DNA of 64,000 bases. It comes from Bacteroidota bacterium. GTDB taxonomy: Bacteria; Bacteroidota; Bacteroidia; Chitinophagales; Chitinophagaceae. Numbering within the stretch: the first letter of the stretch is position 1; the number at the start of each line of letters is the position of its first letter. This document shows, piece by piece, positions 20,514 through 29,213 of this stretch. Made by a program: the position numbers and the translations under genes. The notes below the pieces were generated by a model that was not told the origin of the DNA, searched no databases, and worked only from the letters and a program-made list of their open reading frames with translations. Location of the stretch: positions 1,140 to 65,139 of the forward strand of contig JAFAEM010000011.1 in the NCBI GenBank assembly GCA_023424015.1, written 5' to 3'.

Positions 20514-23330
20514 ATGAGACAATTTTATACTTCCATCCTGCTTATTTTGGTTTTGAGTTTCCAGGCCGCTGCACAGAGAAATGGCGCCGTTAAAGGCCTG
20601 GTTTATGATACCCTTGCAAAAAGATCCGTGGCCGATGTCACCATAACGGTGATGGCTAAAAAGGATTCCTCCCTGGTAACATTTGGTATGACCGATAACG
20701 CGGGTCGTTTCAGTCTTGACAATATACCGGCAGGTGAATTCCGGCTCCTGCTTACCCATGTTGCGTATCATAATACCAGCAAGAATTTTACTATAGATGA
20801 AAACAACCGGCAGGTTGACCTGGGCAGACTTGTTATGAACGACAGGACAACCGTCCTGCAGGAAGTAGTGGTGAGCAGCGAAGCTCCACCGGTGACCCTC
20901 ATAGGTGATACGGTACAATACAATGCGGGATCATTTAAAACACCTCCCCATGCCAGCGTGGAACAGCTTTTGAAAAAATTGCCTGGTGTGGAAGTGGGAA
21001 AGGATGGAACGGTGAAAGCCCAGGGGCAAACGGTAAATAAAGTTCTGGTGGACGGAAAAGAATTTTTTGGCAATGATCCAAAAATGGCTACCAAAAACCT
21101 GCCTGCCGATGCCATTGATAAGGTCCAGGTGTATGACAAGATGAGCGACCAGGCACAGCTTACCGGTTTTGACGACGGCAACAGTGAAAAGACCATCAAC
21201 CTGAAACTGAAAAAGGATAAAAAGAAAGGTGCCTTTGGAAAGATCATGGGCGGGGGTGGCACCGACGAGCGTTTTGAAGGTCGGTTCAATGTGAATTCAT
21301 TTAAAGGCGCCCGCCAGATGTCGGTCATCGGGATGGCCAATAACACCAATTCCGAGGGCTTTTCTTTTATGGATATGATGAACTTTACCGGCGAGCTTGG
21401 CAGGTTGATGAGAGGAGGAAATGGGAACGTAAATATTCAGATCACATCTGATAACCCGATGGCAGGTGTATTAGGTGGAAATAACCGGGGCATCCGCACC
21501 ATTTGGGGAGGCGGCATCAACTACAATAATATCATAGGTAAAAAAATAGATTTTACCAGCAATTACTTTTACAATCACTACAACCCCCAAATTGAATCAC
21601 AGTTAGAAAGGCAATTCATATTGCCAGACTCCTCGTATTTCCAACGGCAGAATTCGGTGAGTGATAATAGCAATAACAGTCACCGCCTAAACCTGGGTAT
21701 AGACTATATCATCGACACATTTCACTCCCTGAAGATCACTCCCTCGCTGGGTTACCAGAAGACAGCGAATGATGTATTTAGCGATTATCAACAGGTGGGA
21801 AATGATGGCAAGATGTCTAACAATGGTTATAACCATTCATTGAGCAACAGTATGAGCTATAATTTCCGGAATGACCTGCTTTTCCGGAAAAAGTTCCGGC
21901 GCCGGGGTCGCACTTTTTCACTGAATCTTCAAACTTCATTAAATAATAGCGAGACGGATGGCAGTTTGAAGTCTGTCACCGAGTTTTTAGCACGAAATGG
22001 CGGTGGTAGTTTTGTTGATACAATTAACCAGCAGATCATCAATGAATCGGACCTGCGTGGATATACCGGACGTATGGTCTATACAGAACCCTTGTTTAAG
22101 CGATCGCTGATGGAGTTCAGTGTGGGTAAAAGCCAAAACAGTAACACGGCACAAAAAATAACGTATGACTATGACGATGGAAATGGTAAGTATGACAGGA
22201 TCAATGACTCACTCACCAACGACTTTGAGAATAAGTATGGTTTTGTCAATGCCGGCTTCCGGGTTCGCACACAAAAAAAGAAATACAATTATGCCCTGGG
22301 CGTAATCTGGCAACAAGCTGAGCTGGAAGGGAAGATCATTAGTGGTGTCAAGGATTCTGTGATCACGAAGACCTTCTCCAATTTTTTACCTACGGCCCGG
22401 TTCCAGTATAATTTTACCCGTTTTAAAAATTTTACGCTCAACTATCGGGCCTTTACCAACCAGCCTTCGGCTTCACAATTACAGCCCGTACCTGATATCA
22501 GCGACAGGCTCAACATCAGGGAAGGTAACCCCGACCTGAAGCAGGAGTATACCCATAATATACAGATCAACTATATGGGCGTGAATCCTTTTAAGAATAA
22601 AAACCTGTTTGCTTTTTTCAATCTCAACAGAACCGATAACAAGATTGTAAACTCGGACAGCGTTTTTGCCTCAGGTATCAGGAAAACCAAACCTGTAAAT
22701 GTGGATGGTGTTTATAATCTTTCGGGTGATATCAGCCTCGGACTTCCTCTGCGTTTCCTGAAGGGCAGCCTTCGTTTGGGTTCAAACATGGGATACAACC
22801 GTGGCAAGCAGTTTATCAATGGACATGGAAATACCATTAATACTATCAGTGCCGGTCCAAGACTCGCGATCGAATCCGAGCCCACGGATAAGCTCTCGCT
22901 GAGCTTTACCGCAGGAACGAATTTTAACCGGACAAAATATTCCCTGCAGCCAGCCCTCAACACCAGCTATTTTTCCCAGGTATATGAAACCGATATCAAC
23001 TGGCAACTGCCCGGAGGTTTTTATTTAAGTACCGACTTTACTTATACTGTCAACAACCAGCTCAACGACGGGTTTAATGCAAGAGTACCATTATGGGGTG
23101 CATCGCTTAGCAAGCAAATGATGCGGTTCAACCGGGGTGAGTTGAAACTGCGGGTCAATGATATCCTGAACAGGAACGTGGGTATATCGCGGACCAGCAA
23201 CCAGAATTATATTGAAGATTCCAGGGTCAATACTATCAGGCGGTTTGCATTGCTGAGCTTTACATATAACCTTACAAAGACAGGATTGGGAAATTCCGGT
23301 GGGAATTCCAGACAAATTATTATGAGATAA
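20514..23330 (+). CDS. Outer-membrane beta-barrel protein, TonB-dependent-receptor-like, with carboxypeptidase-regulatory-like N-terminal domain
   Basis: Signal peptide, GDTVQYNAGSF, LLKKLPGVEV, VDGKEFFGNDP, GNPDLKQEY and a terminal amphipathic strand (LSFTYNL). Confidence 0.9.
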   Translation: MRQFYTSILLILVLSFQAAAQRNGAVKGLVYDTLAKRSVADVTITVMAKKDSSLVTFGMTDNAGRFSLDNIPAGEFRLLLTHVAYHNTSKNFTIDENNRQVDLGRLVMNDRTTVLQEVVVSSEAPPVTLIGDTVQYNAGSFKTPPHASVEQLLKKLPGVEVGKDGTVKAQGQTVNKVLVDGKEFFGNDPKMATKNLPADAIDKVQVYDKMSDQAQLTGFDDGNSEKTINLKLKKDKKKGAFGKIMGGGGTDERFEGRFNVNSFKGARQMSVIGMANNTNSEGFSFMDMMNFTGELGRLMRGGNGNVNIQITSDNPMAGVLGGNNRGIRTIWGGGINYNNIIGKKIDFTSNYFYNHYNPQIESQLERQFILPDSSYFQRQNSVSDNSNNSHRLNLGIDYIIDTFHSLKITPSLGYQKTANDVFSDYQQVGNDGKMSNNGYNHSLSNSMSYNFRNDLLFRKKFRRRGRTFSLNLQTSLNNSETDGSLKSVTEFLARNGGGSFVDTINQQIINESDLRGYTGRMVYTEPLFKRSLMEFSVGKSQNSNTAQKITYDYDDGNGKYDRINDSLTNDFENKYGFVNAGFRVRTQKKKYNYALGVIWQQAELEGKIISGVKDSVITKTFSNFLPTARFQYNFTRFKNFTLNYRAFTNQPSASQLQPVPDISDRLNIREGNPDLKQEYTHNIQINYMGVNPFKNKNLFAFFNLNRTDNKIVNSDSVFASGIRKTKPVNVDGVYNLSGDISLGLPLRFLKGSLRLGSNMGYNRGKQFINGHGNTINTISAGPRLAIESEPTDKLSLSFTAGTNFNRTKYSLQPALNTSYFSQVYETDINWQLPGGFYLSTDFTYTVNNQLNDGFNARVPLWGASLSKQMMRFNRGELKLRVNDILNRNVGISRTSNQNYIEDSRVNTIRRFALLSFTYNLTKTGLGNSGGNSRQIIMR

Positions 23331-23392
23331 AAAGCTGTTCCGGGCCAAATACCGGCCAGTAAAACGGAAATAAAAGCTTCGGAACTGCCTTG

Positions 23393-23580
23393 TCAATGCT
23401 TGGTCAATTTGATCATTTCCTGTTTCGATTCACCCTTTAAGTGCAATAAATAAATATCACTGCCGAGCCTGGAAACTTCGATAGCGCCATACTTCCCCGG
23501 TGAAGTTCATATTGTCCATTACTTACCATGCGACCCGTATTACGCCAGTGATAATATTTGAAAAGTATATAGTTCCGTTA
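23393..23580 (-). pseudogene. Degenerate remnant resembling a T9SS type-A C-terminal sorting domain
   Basis: Frameshifted pieces: YTFQILS / NTGRMVSNGQY / GKYGAIEVSRLGSDIYLLHLKGESKQEMIKLTKH* (stop at 23393-23395). No intact ORF. Confidence 0.45.
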
Positions 23581-23909
23581 ATCGCTCAGTCCCGGGATCA
23601 GGTTTAATTCTTTTAACCTGATCGTGCCAGCGTCTGTTCCATCAGTTTTCCATAGTTGCTTTCCGGGATCAGAAGGATGCCCGAGCAGATGTGTTTGTCG
23701 TAGAATAAATAAAAGCTCTCCGCTTGATATGGTAAGACTTACAGCTTATTTTTCTGATATACCAGGGTTAATATCCCTGTGCAGAATAAATGGTGGACTA
23801 TAAAGGAGAGTATGCGATGTAAGTGAATAGTAGCAGCTTAGTGGTACACATTAAAGTTCTTTTCACCCGCCGTAGGTTTAATGGTTATAAACGGGTACTA
23901 CGGCTTTCA

Positions 23910-23954
23910 CAAAAAGATTGGGGTACTAAAGCTGGTCAAACCCCAATCTTTTTG
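23910..23954. terminator. Probable terminator downstream of the GLPGLI gene, potentially bidirectional
   Basis: 14-bp perfect inverted repeat CAAAAAGATTGGGG/CCCCAATCTTTTTG with A and T tracts. Confidence 0.65.
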
Positions 23955-23997
23955 AAAACTAATTTAACAGTTTGGCTGTCCTGACTGGCAGAACGGG

Positions 23998-24789
23998 TCA
24001 GTTCATTCGTATCCTGAAATTGCCGCCCTGGTTATTGCGCTGCATCTCATCCAGCATCTTGTTTCTTTCGGCAGTAAACTCATCCGGAGATAGTTTTTTC
24101 CCTTTTGTCGGTTCTTTGATCTCTTTTTTATCGGCTTTAGGAGAAATTTCCATGGCGGTATAAACCGTACGCCCATTATTGGATTGAAACTCAAGGATCA
24201 GACCGGGAAGTTGTCCCTGAACTTCCGGTCCGGCCGGTACAGGAATATCGGTGGTAAACCAGGCAACGATCACGGATGTGTCCGATACTTCTTTTCTTTC
24301 CATTTTGCCGTTGTCCATATTCATCATCATGCGTTTACCTACCCGTTCGGTGGTCGCTTTGCGGCAAAGATGATTCAGGATTGTTTTAGTTTCATCCGTC
24401 AGTTTCCAGTTGCCACGACGCAGACTATCGGTGATCAGGAATTTTTTTTCAAAAAATTCACGTGCTTCCACTTTGCGGGAATTCTCGAAATCGCAGTAGG
24501 TGGCATCGTCGGCACCACCGCCTATAGTGCGGATCATCATGCCTCCTGAACTGAAGTTATCATCCTGGATTTCGTCTTCCAATTGTTTAAAGATCATTTT
24601 TCCGTCGGCAAAGTTCAGTTCAAACTTATCAGTACGGGTACGAGGCAGTTCCTGTACCGAACCGCTACCGTCAGCCATTTGGATCTGCATTTGTACGGTT
24701 CGCTGGTAAATGACTTTACCCTCCTTTTGTTGGGCGTTGCCGACCATGAATGCAAACAATGCCAGGCCCGGAAGAACTATTTTTTTCAT
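23998..24789 (-). CDS. GLPGLI family protein
   Basis: WKLTDETKTILNHLCRKAT and AWFTTDIPVPAGPE..GQLPGLILE motifs. Signal peptide present. Confidence 0.92.
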   Translation of the reverse strand: MKKIVLPGLALFAFMVGNAQQKEGKVIYQRTVQMQIQMADGSGSVQELPRTRTDKFELNFADGKMIFKQLEDEIQDDNFSSGGMMIRTIGGGADDATYCDFENSRKVEAREFFEKKFLITDSLRRGNWKLTDETKTILNHLCRKATTERVGKRMMMNMDNGKMERKEVSDTSVIVAWFTTDIPVPAGPEVQGQLPGLILEFQSNNGRTVYTAMEISPKADKKEIKEPTKGKKLSPDEFTAERNKMLDEMQRNNQGGNFRIRMN

Positions 24790-24806
24790 GCGATTTTATT
24801 TTAGCG

Positions 24807-24874
24807 CTAAGCTATAATACCTTACCTGCGCAGGTAGTTAACACACCTTGTATTAAGGTTAATAAAGGTTAATA
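24807..24874 (-). promoter_or_regulatory. Triple TTAAC box plus degenerate -7 element upstream of the GLPGLI gene, in the region shared with the divergent kinase
   Basis: The minus strand reads TATTAACCTTTATTAACCTTAATACAAGGTGTGTTAAC-N22-TAGCTTAG. Includes a perfect 10-bp tandem AAGGTTAATA x2 at 24855-24874. Confidence 0.65.
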
Positions 24875-24919
24875 CGCTGGTGAATGGGCTAAACATTGGA
24901 TTACATTTGTAACCGGGAC

Positions 24920-26482
24920 ATGAAAAAACTCCGCGGACAAGGTATTTTGATGGTGGCCGTTTTGCTGGCCATTGCCGGTTTCCAGGTATACTGGATCAGG
25001 GATAATTATTACCGTGAAAAGAAGGCGCTCGAGGTAAAGGCCCAGGCCATTTTCTACGAAACGGTACGGGAAGTACAGGATGCTAAATTGCGCAAGCGGC
25101 TAAGACTTGTAATGGAAGACAGCACACAGGCTGGTGAGGTTAAATTTCGTTCCGCGGCGCCGAGGACCACCCGGGTTCTTCATGTACTTAGTGAACAGTT
25201 GCAGATCGATACAAGCAGTCGCCAAAAAGGGGTGACCGTTAAAGTGGTGAACAGAGACCTGCCACGAGCCCGGGAACTCGCGATTGACTCAAACGGCTCA
25301 TCTACATTTGAACAAATCGTAATGGTAGGTGCAGATGCATCAGCGCAGTTAGATAAATCGAAGCACGGAAGCTGGACGAACAGACCAATGCCCACCGATA
25401 GCTTTGCTGGGAGAGAAAAGAAAGTGAGCACGATCTATTTCAACAATAGCCAGGGCCAGAATTTTAGGATAAATGTTGATTCGCTTTTCTATGATTCGCT
25501 GCGGGTGAATGATCTTGACACCGCCTTTGCAAAAAAATTAGCGGAACAAAATATTGATATAAGTTTTAAGATCATTCCTGAACCAGGGAGTAAAACAGGT
25601 AAAACCAATATTAGCTTTACCCGCCGCCCGTTTACGTTTGAAAGCTTTGAAGGATACTCACTTCAGTTGGGAAATACATTTCCTTTCCTGTTGAGGAAGA
25701 TCTCCCTGCCGATTCTTTTTTCTATTTTCCTGGTAGGTCTGTCTATCCTTTCATTTGCCCTGCTATACCGTAATCTGCTACGGCAACACAAACTTGCGGA
25801 GATGAAAAATGACCTGATCAGCAATATCACACATGAGTTGAAGACACCAATCGCAACAGTTGGAGTAGCGATAGAAGCCCTGAAGAATTTTAACGCCATA
25901 CAGGATCCACAGAAAACCAAAGAGTATCTCGACATTTCACAAAATGAATTGCAAAGGCTGGGACTGCTGGTCGACAAAGTATTGAAGCTTTCTATGTTTG
26001 AAAACAATGCGATTGGGGTACAAATGGCGATCATCGATCTCGGTAATGTAGTCAGCGAAGTGATTAGCTCGCTGAAACTCCAGCTTGAAAAAAGCAATGC
26101 CAGCATTCAGGTCAATACTGAAGGCGATCTGCGTGTCAATGCTGACAGGCACCACCTGGTAAGCGTAGTGTTCAACTTGCTCGACAATGCCCTGAAGTAT
26201 AATAAGGGCAGCGTGGATATACAGCTTAACCTTAAGGAGGAAGATGAGAACGTCATTCTGAATGTATCTGACAACGGTATTGGTATTCCGGCACATTACC
26301 AGGACAGGATATTTGAAAAATTCTTTCGCGTCCCGGCAGGCGATACACACAACGCGAAGGGCCATGGCCTGGGGTTAAGTTATGTAGCCCGCGTGATCCA
26401 CGAGCATAACGGGAGCATCAGGGTCGAGAGCAGCGATGGCGCCGGCAGCAGTTTCACTATAATTTTACCAAAACCAAAATAG
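24920..26482 (+). CDS. Membrane sensor histidine kinase (HisKA + HATPase)
   Basis: Two TM segments, NITHELKTP H-box, NLLDNALKY, DNGIGI and GHGLGL. ATG 24920 follows the -7 box TACATTTG at 24902-24909. Confidence 0.93.
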   Translation: MKKLRGQGILMVAVLLAIAGFQVYWIRDNYYREKKALEVKAQAIFYETVREVQDAKLRKRLRLVMEDSTQAGEVKFRSAAPRTTRVLHVLSEQLQIDTSSRQKGVTVKVVNRDLPRARELAIDSNGSSTFEQIVMVGADASAQLDKSKHGSWTNRPMPTDSFAGREKKVSTIYFNNSQGQNFRINVDSLFYDSLRVNDLDTAFAKKLAEQNIDISFKIIPEPGSKTGKTNISFTRRPFTFESFEGYSLQLGNTFPFLLRKISLPILFSIFLVGLSILSFALLYRNLLRQHKLAEMKNDLISNITHELKTPIATVGVAIEALKNFNAIQDPQKTKEYLDISQNELQRLGLLVDKVLKLSMFENNAIGVQMAIIDLGNVVSEVISSLKLQLEKSNASIQVNTEGDLRVNADRHHLVSVVFNLLDNALKYNKGSVDIQLNLKEEDENVILNVSDNGIGIPAHYQDRIFEKFFRVPAGDTHNAKGHGLGLSYVARVIHEHNGSIRVESSDGAGSSFTIILPKPK

Positions 26483-26499
26483 CTTTACATCGGAAGGCT

Positions 26500-27192
26500 A
26501 TGAGTCATATCAAAATACTATATGTAGAGGATGAAGTATTCCTGGGCAAGATCGTAAAAGAAAGCCTTGAGAACCGCGGTTATGAGGTTGTCATGGAGAC
26601 GGATGGATCGCGGGCAACTGACGAATTCAAAAGATCGGCTCCGGATGTTTGCGTGCTCGATATTATGCTTCCCAACAAAGACGGTTTTGCGATTGCCGAT
26701 GAGATCAGGGAACTGAACAGGGAGGTGCCTATTATTTTTTTAACGGCAAAAACACAGTCGGAAGATGTGGTGAAAGGTTTTTCACTGGGCGGCAATGATT
26801 ATATCCGCAAACCTTTCAGTATGGAAGAACTGATTGCCAGGATCCAGAATGTGTTGCGTAGCAGGAACGGCGAAATGATTGTTAAGCCCGCAACTGACAT
26901 AGTTATGCTGGGTAAATACCAGTTTCATCTTAACCGGCAACTGTTGCATAATGGTGAAGATGAGCGCAAACTTTCCTACCGCGAAAGTGAACTGCTGAAA
27001 TTATTGTATGAGAACAGGGATAAGATCATCGACAGGAAGGATATCTTAAACCTGCTTTGGGGTAATGATTCTTTTTTCAACTCCCGTAATCTCGACGTCT
27101 ATATCACAAAGCTTCGTAGTTATTTGAAAGAGGACCCTTCTCTTGAGATTATAACGATCAAAGGAATAGGTTATCGTTTCGTAGTAACCTAA
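26500..27192 (+). CDS. OmpR/PhoB-family response regulator (RprY-like)
   Basis: REC domain (VEDE, LDIMLP, FLTAK, KPF) plus winged helix (RNLDVYITKLRSYL, IKGIGYRF). Confidence 0.94.
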   Translation: MSHIKILYVEDEVFLGKIVKESLENRGYEVVMETDGSRATDEFKRSAPDVCVLDIMLPNKDGFAIADEIRELNREVPIIFLTAKTQSEDVVKGFSLGGNDYIRKPFSMEELIARIQNVLRSRNGEMIVKPATDIVMLGKYQFHLNRQLLHNGEDERKLSYRESELLKLLYENRDKIIDRKDILNLLWGNDSFFNSRNLDVYITKLRSYLKEDPSLEIITIKGIGYRFVVT

Positions 27193-27351
27193 TGTTAAGT
27201 CAACCATATTTTGACGGTTCCTCTTATTTTAGCTGCGAGCTGTGAGCTGCGAGCCTCGAGCCATGAGGCTCAAGGCCTCAAATTTCGTGGTCAAACGATC
27301 GGTCTCGAAGCTCGTAGCTTTTTGAAGCAGCATTTTAACCTTGACACGACA
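27193..27351 (+). mobile_element. MITE-like element family B, copy 1 (159 bp)
   Basis: TGTTAAGTCAA ... TTGACACGACA imperfect TIRs, flanked by CTAA and CTAG. Highly similar to 57364-57511. Internal 7-bp AGCTGYG repeats pair with CTCGTAGCT-type inverses. Confidence 0.8.
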
Positions 27352-27653
27352 CTAGCATCCTGCAGTTCTTCAGCTTCTCTCGCCTCGATCTCGTATCTAT
27401 TGTTGAAGTATCCGTGGCGAATACTTTCCCAGAGGTAAAGAAAGATAAAACGAATAAAGCCATAACGTCGGAATTGCTCCAGGTGTTTTAATTCATGTAA
27501 AACCCAACGCCTGTTTTGCAGGAATTCGTCCCGGTGGGTATTGTGCAGGTGAATGGTACGGCCTATGACAATGGCTACTTTTTCAGCCCCCAGTTTCCAT
27601 GCGGCCAGCCTGCCGATCCAGGAATTTTCTTTAATATGAAAACGTACCCTCAT
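27291..27653 (-). CDS. DUF4157-like HExxH protein whose C-terminus is encoded inside element B
   Basis: AIVIGRTIHL, HELKHLEQ and GYFNNRYEIEAREAE motifs. The last ~19 residues are read from the repeat. Confidence 0.8.
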   Translation of the reverse strand: MRVRFHIKENSWIGRLAAWKLGAEKVAIVIGRTIHLHNTHRDEFLQNRRWVLHELKHLEQFRRYGFIRFIFLYLWESIRHGYFNNRYEIEAREAEELQDASVVSRLKCCFKKLRASRPIV

Positions 27654-27759
27654 GTATTCCGAGTCATTCTAGTCTACAGGTAATGACGATTCGAAATGCC
27701 TTTAAGTTGTTCCTGAAAATGATTGGAACTGACCTATTTTTGCGGCGAAATAAAAAGAC

Positions 27760-28851
27760 ATGGCATTAAAGGCTTATTCGGTTGCAAAATTGTTTTCAGG
27801 TACGGATTGGTTAACAGAACAGGTCGTAATAACAGAAAATGGCCGGATTGTCGATATCGTTCCGGTCGCATCCGTATCGATCGAATCTGAGCGTCTTGAT
27901 GGCATTTTGGCGCCGGCTTTTATTGATCTGCAGATCTATGGCGCTTATGGCAAATTGCTGGCGGTATATCCGGAGGCCGACTCGCTCGTAAAACTAAATG
28001 AATATTGCCGCAGTGGCGGTGCCGCGTATTGTCTGCCTACGGTGGCGACAAATACTTACGAGATTTTTAGACAGTCTATTGACGCTGTTAGAGCGTACCT
28101 GGAACAGGGCGGACAAGGAGTACTGGGTATACATCTTGAAGGTCCCTGGATCAACCCCGTAAAACGAGGTGCTCATATTGAATCGCTGATACATTCACCT
28201 TCACTGGAACAGGCGAAGGAAATCCTGGAGTATGGAAAGGGAATTATTAAAATGATAACCCTGGCACCGGAGTGTTGTAGCCGCGAACTGATCGATCTCG
28301 TACTATCTTATGGCATAGTCATCTCCGCCGGGCATAGTAATGCCAGTTATAATGAAGCCATAGAGAGTTTTGGAAATGGCATTACAACGATCACGCATTT
28401 ATACAACGCTATGAGCCCGCTGCATCACCGTGCACCGGGATTAGTTGGCGCTGCCATGAATCATGATAAAGTAATGGCCAGCATCATACCCGATGGCCAT
28501 CATGTCGATTTTGCCGCAATCAGTGTGGCTAAGAAAGCCATGGGAGATCGGTTGTTTGTGATTACAGATGCAGTAACAGAAACTGATCGAGGAGGATACC
28601 AGCATTATTTAGTTGGCGACAAATATGAAGCAGGCGGTATTCTTAGTGGCTCTGCACTTACTATGGGCAAATCTGTTCAGAACCTGGTAAACCATGTGGG
28701 CATTGAAACCGGCGAAGCGATACGCATGTGCAGCCTGTACCCAGCCCAGGTGATCGGATTGCAGCGTGAACTCGGACGTATAGAAAAAGGATACCAGTCG
28801 AAAATGGTCCTGCTCAACGAGCGTAACGACGTGATCCGCTTGATCGACTAA
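27760..28851 (+). CDS. nagA: N-acetylglucosamine-6-phosphate deacetylase
   Basis: PAFIDLQIYG, GIHLEGP, TLAPE, THLYNAM, DGHHV and ITDA motifs. -7 box TATTTTTG at 27735-27742. Confidence 0.93.
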   Translation: MALKAYSVAKLFSGTDWLTEQVVITENGRIVDIVPVASVSIESERLDGILAPAFIDLQIYGAYGKLLAVYPEADSLVKLNEYCRSGGAAYCLPTVATNTYEIFRQSIDAVRAYLEQGGQGVLGIHLEGPWINPVKRGAHIESLIHSPSLEQAKEILEYGKGIIKMITLAPECCSRELIDLVLSYGIVISAGHSNASYNEAIESFGNGITTITHLYNAMSPLHHRAPGLVGAAMNHDKVMASIIPDGHHVDFAAISVAKKAMGDRLFVITDAVTETDRGGYQHYLVGDKYEAGGILSGSALTMGKSVQNLVNHVGIETGEAIRMCSLYPAQVIGLQRELGRIEKGYQSKMVLLNERNDVIRLID

Positions 28852-28857
28852 GGAATT

Positions 28858-29175
28858 TTATACCGAAGCTTCCCTGATCGCTTCCTCTTCTTTTTTCCAT
28901 TGGCGGCTGTCCAGCCAAAAGGTGCCGAAGGGAATGATGGAAGAGATAAACGCTTTGATCAGCCAGGACCAGTCCTTCTTATATTCCCTTTTAACTTCCC
29001 AGGCCATAATCACAAAAGCAACAAAAAGCAATCCGTGTAAACCACCGACGATCGTGACTGCCATAGGCATACCTCCCCAATATTTCAACGGCATGGCAAT
29101 AAACAGCAGCACTATAAATGAAACACCTTCGATAAAGGCGATTTTCCTGAACCAGTTAAATGTTTTCGTAGACAT
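28858..29175 (-). CDS. DUF3817 family membrane protein
   Basis: FRKIAFIEGVSFIVLLFIAMPLKY, GGLHGLLF and SIIPFGTF motifs. Start at ATG 29175. Confidence 0.88.
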   Translation of the reverse strand: MSTKTFNWFRKIAFIEGVSFIVLLFIAMPLKYWGGMPMAVTIVGGLHGLLFVAFVIMAWEVKREYKKDWSWLIKAFISSIIPFGTFWLDSRQWKKEEEAIREASV

Positions 29176-29213
29176 GATTTGATGTATGGAAATTAAATGC
29201 AAAAATTCGATGC

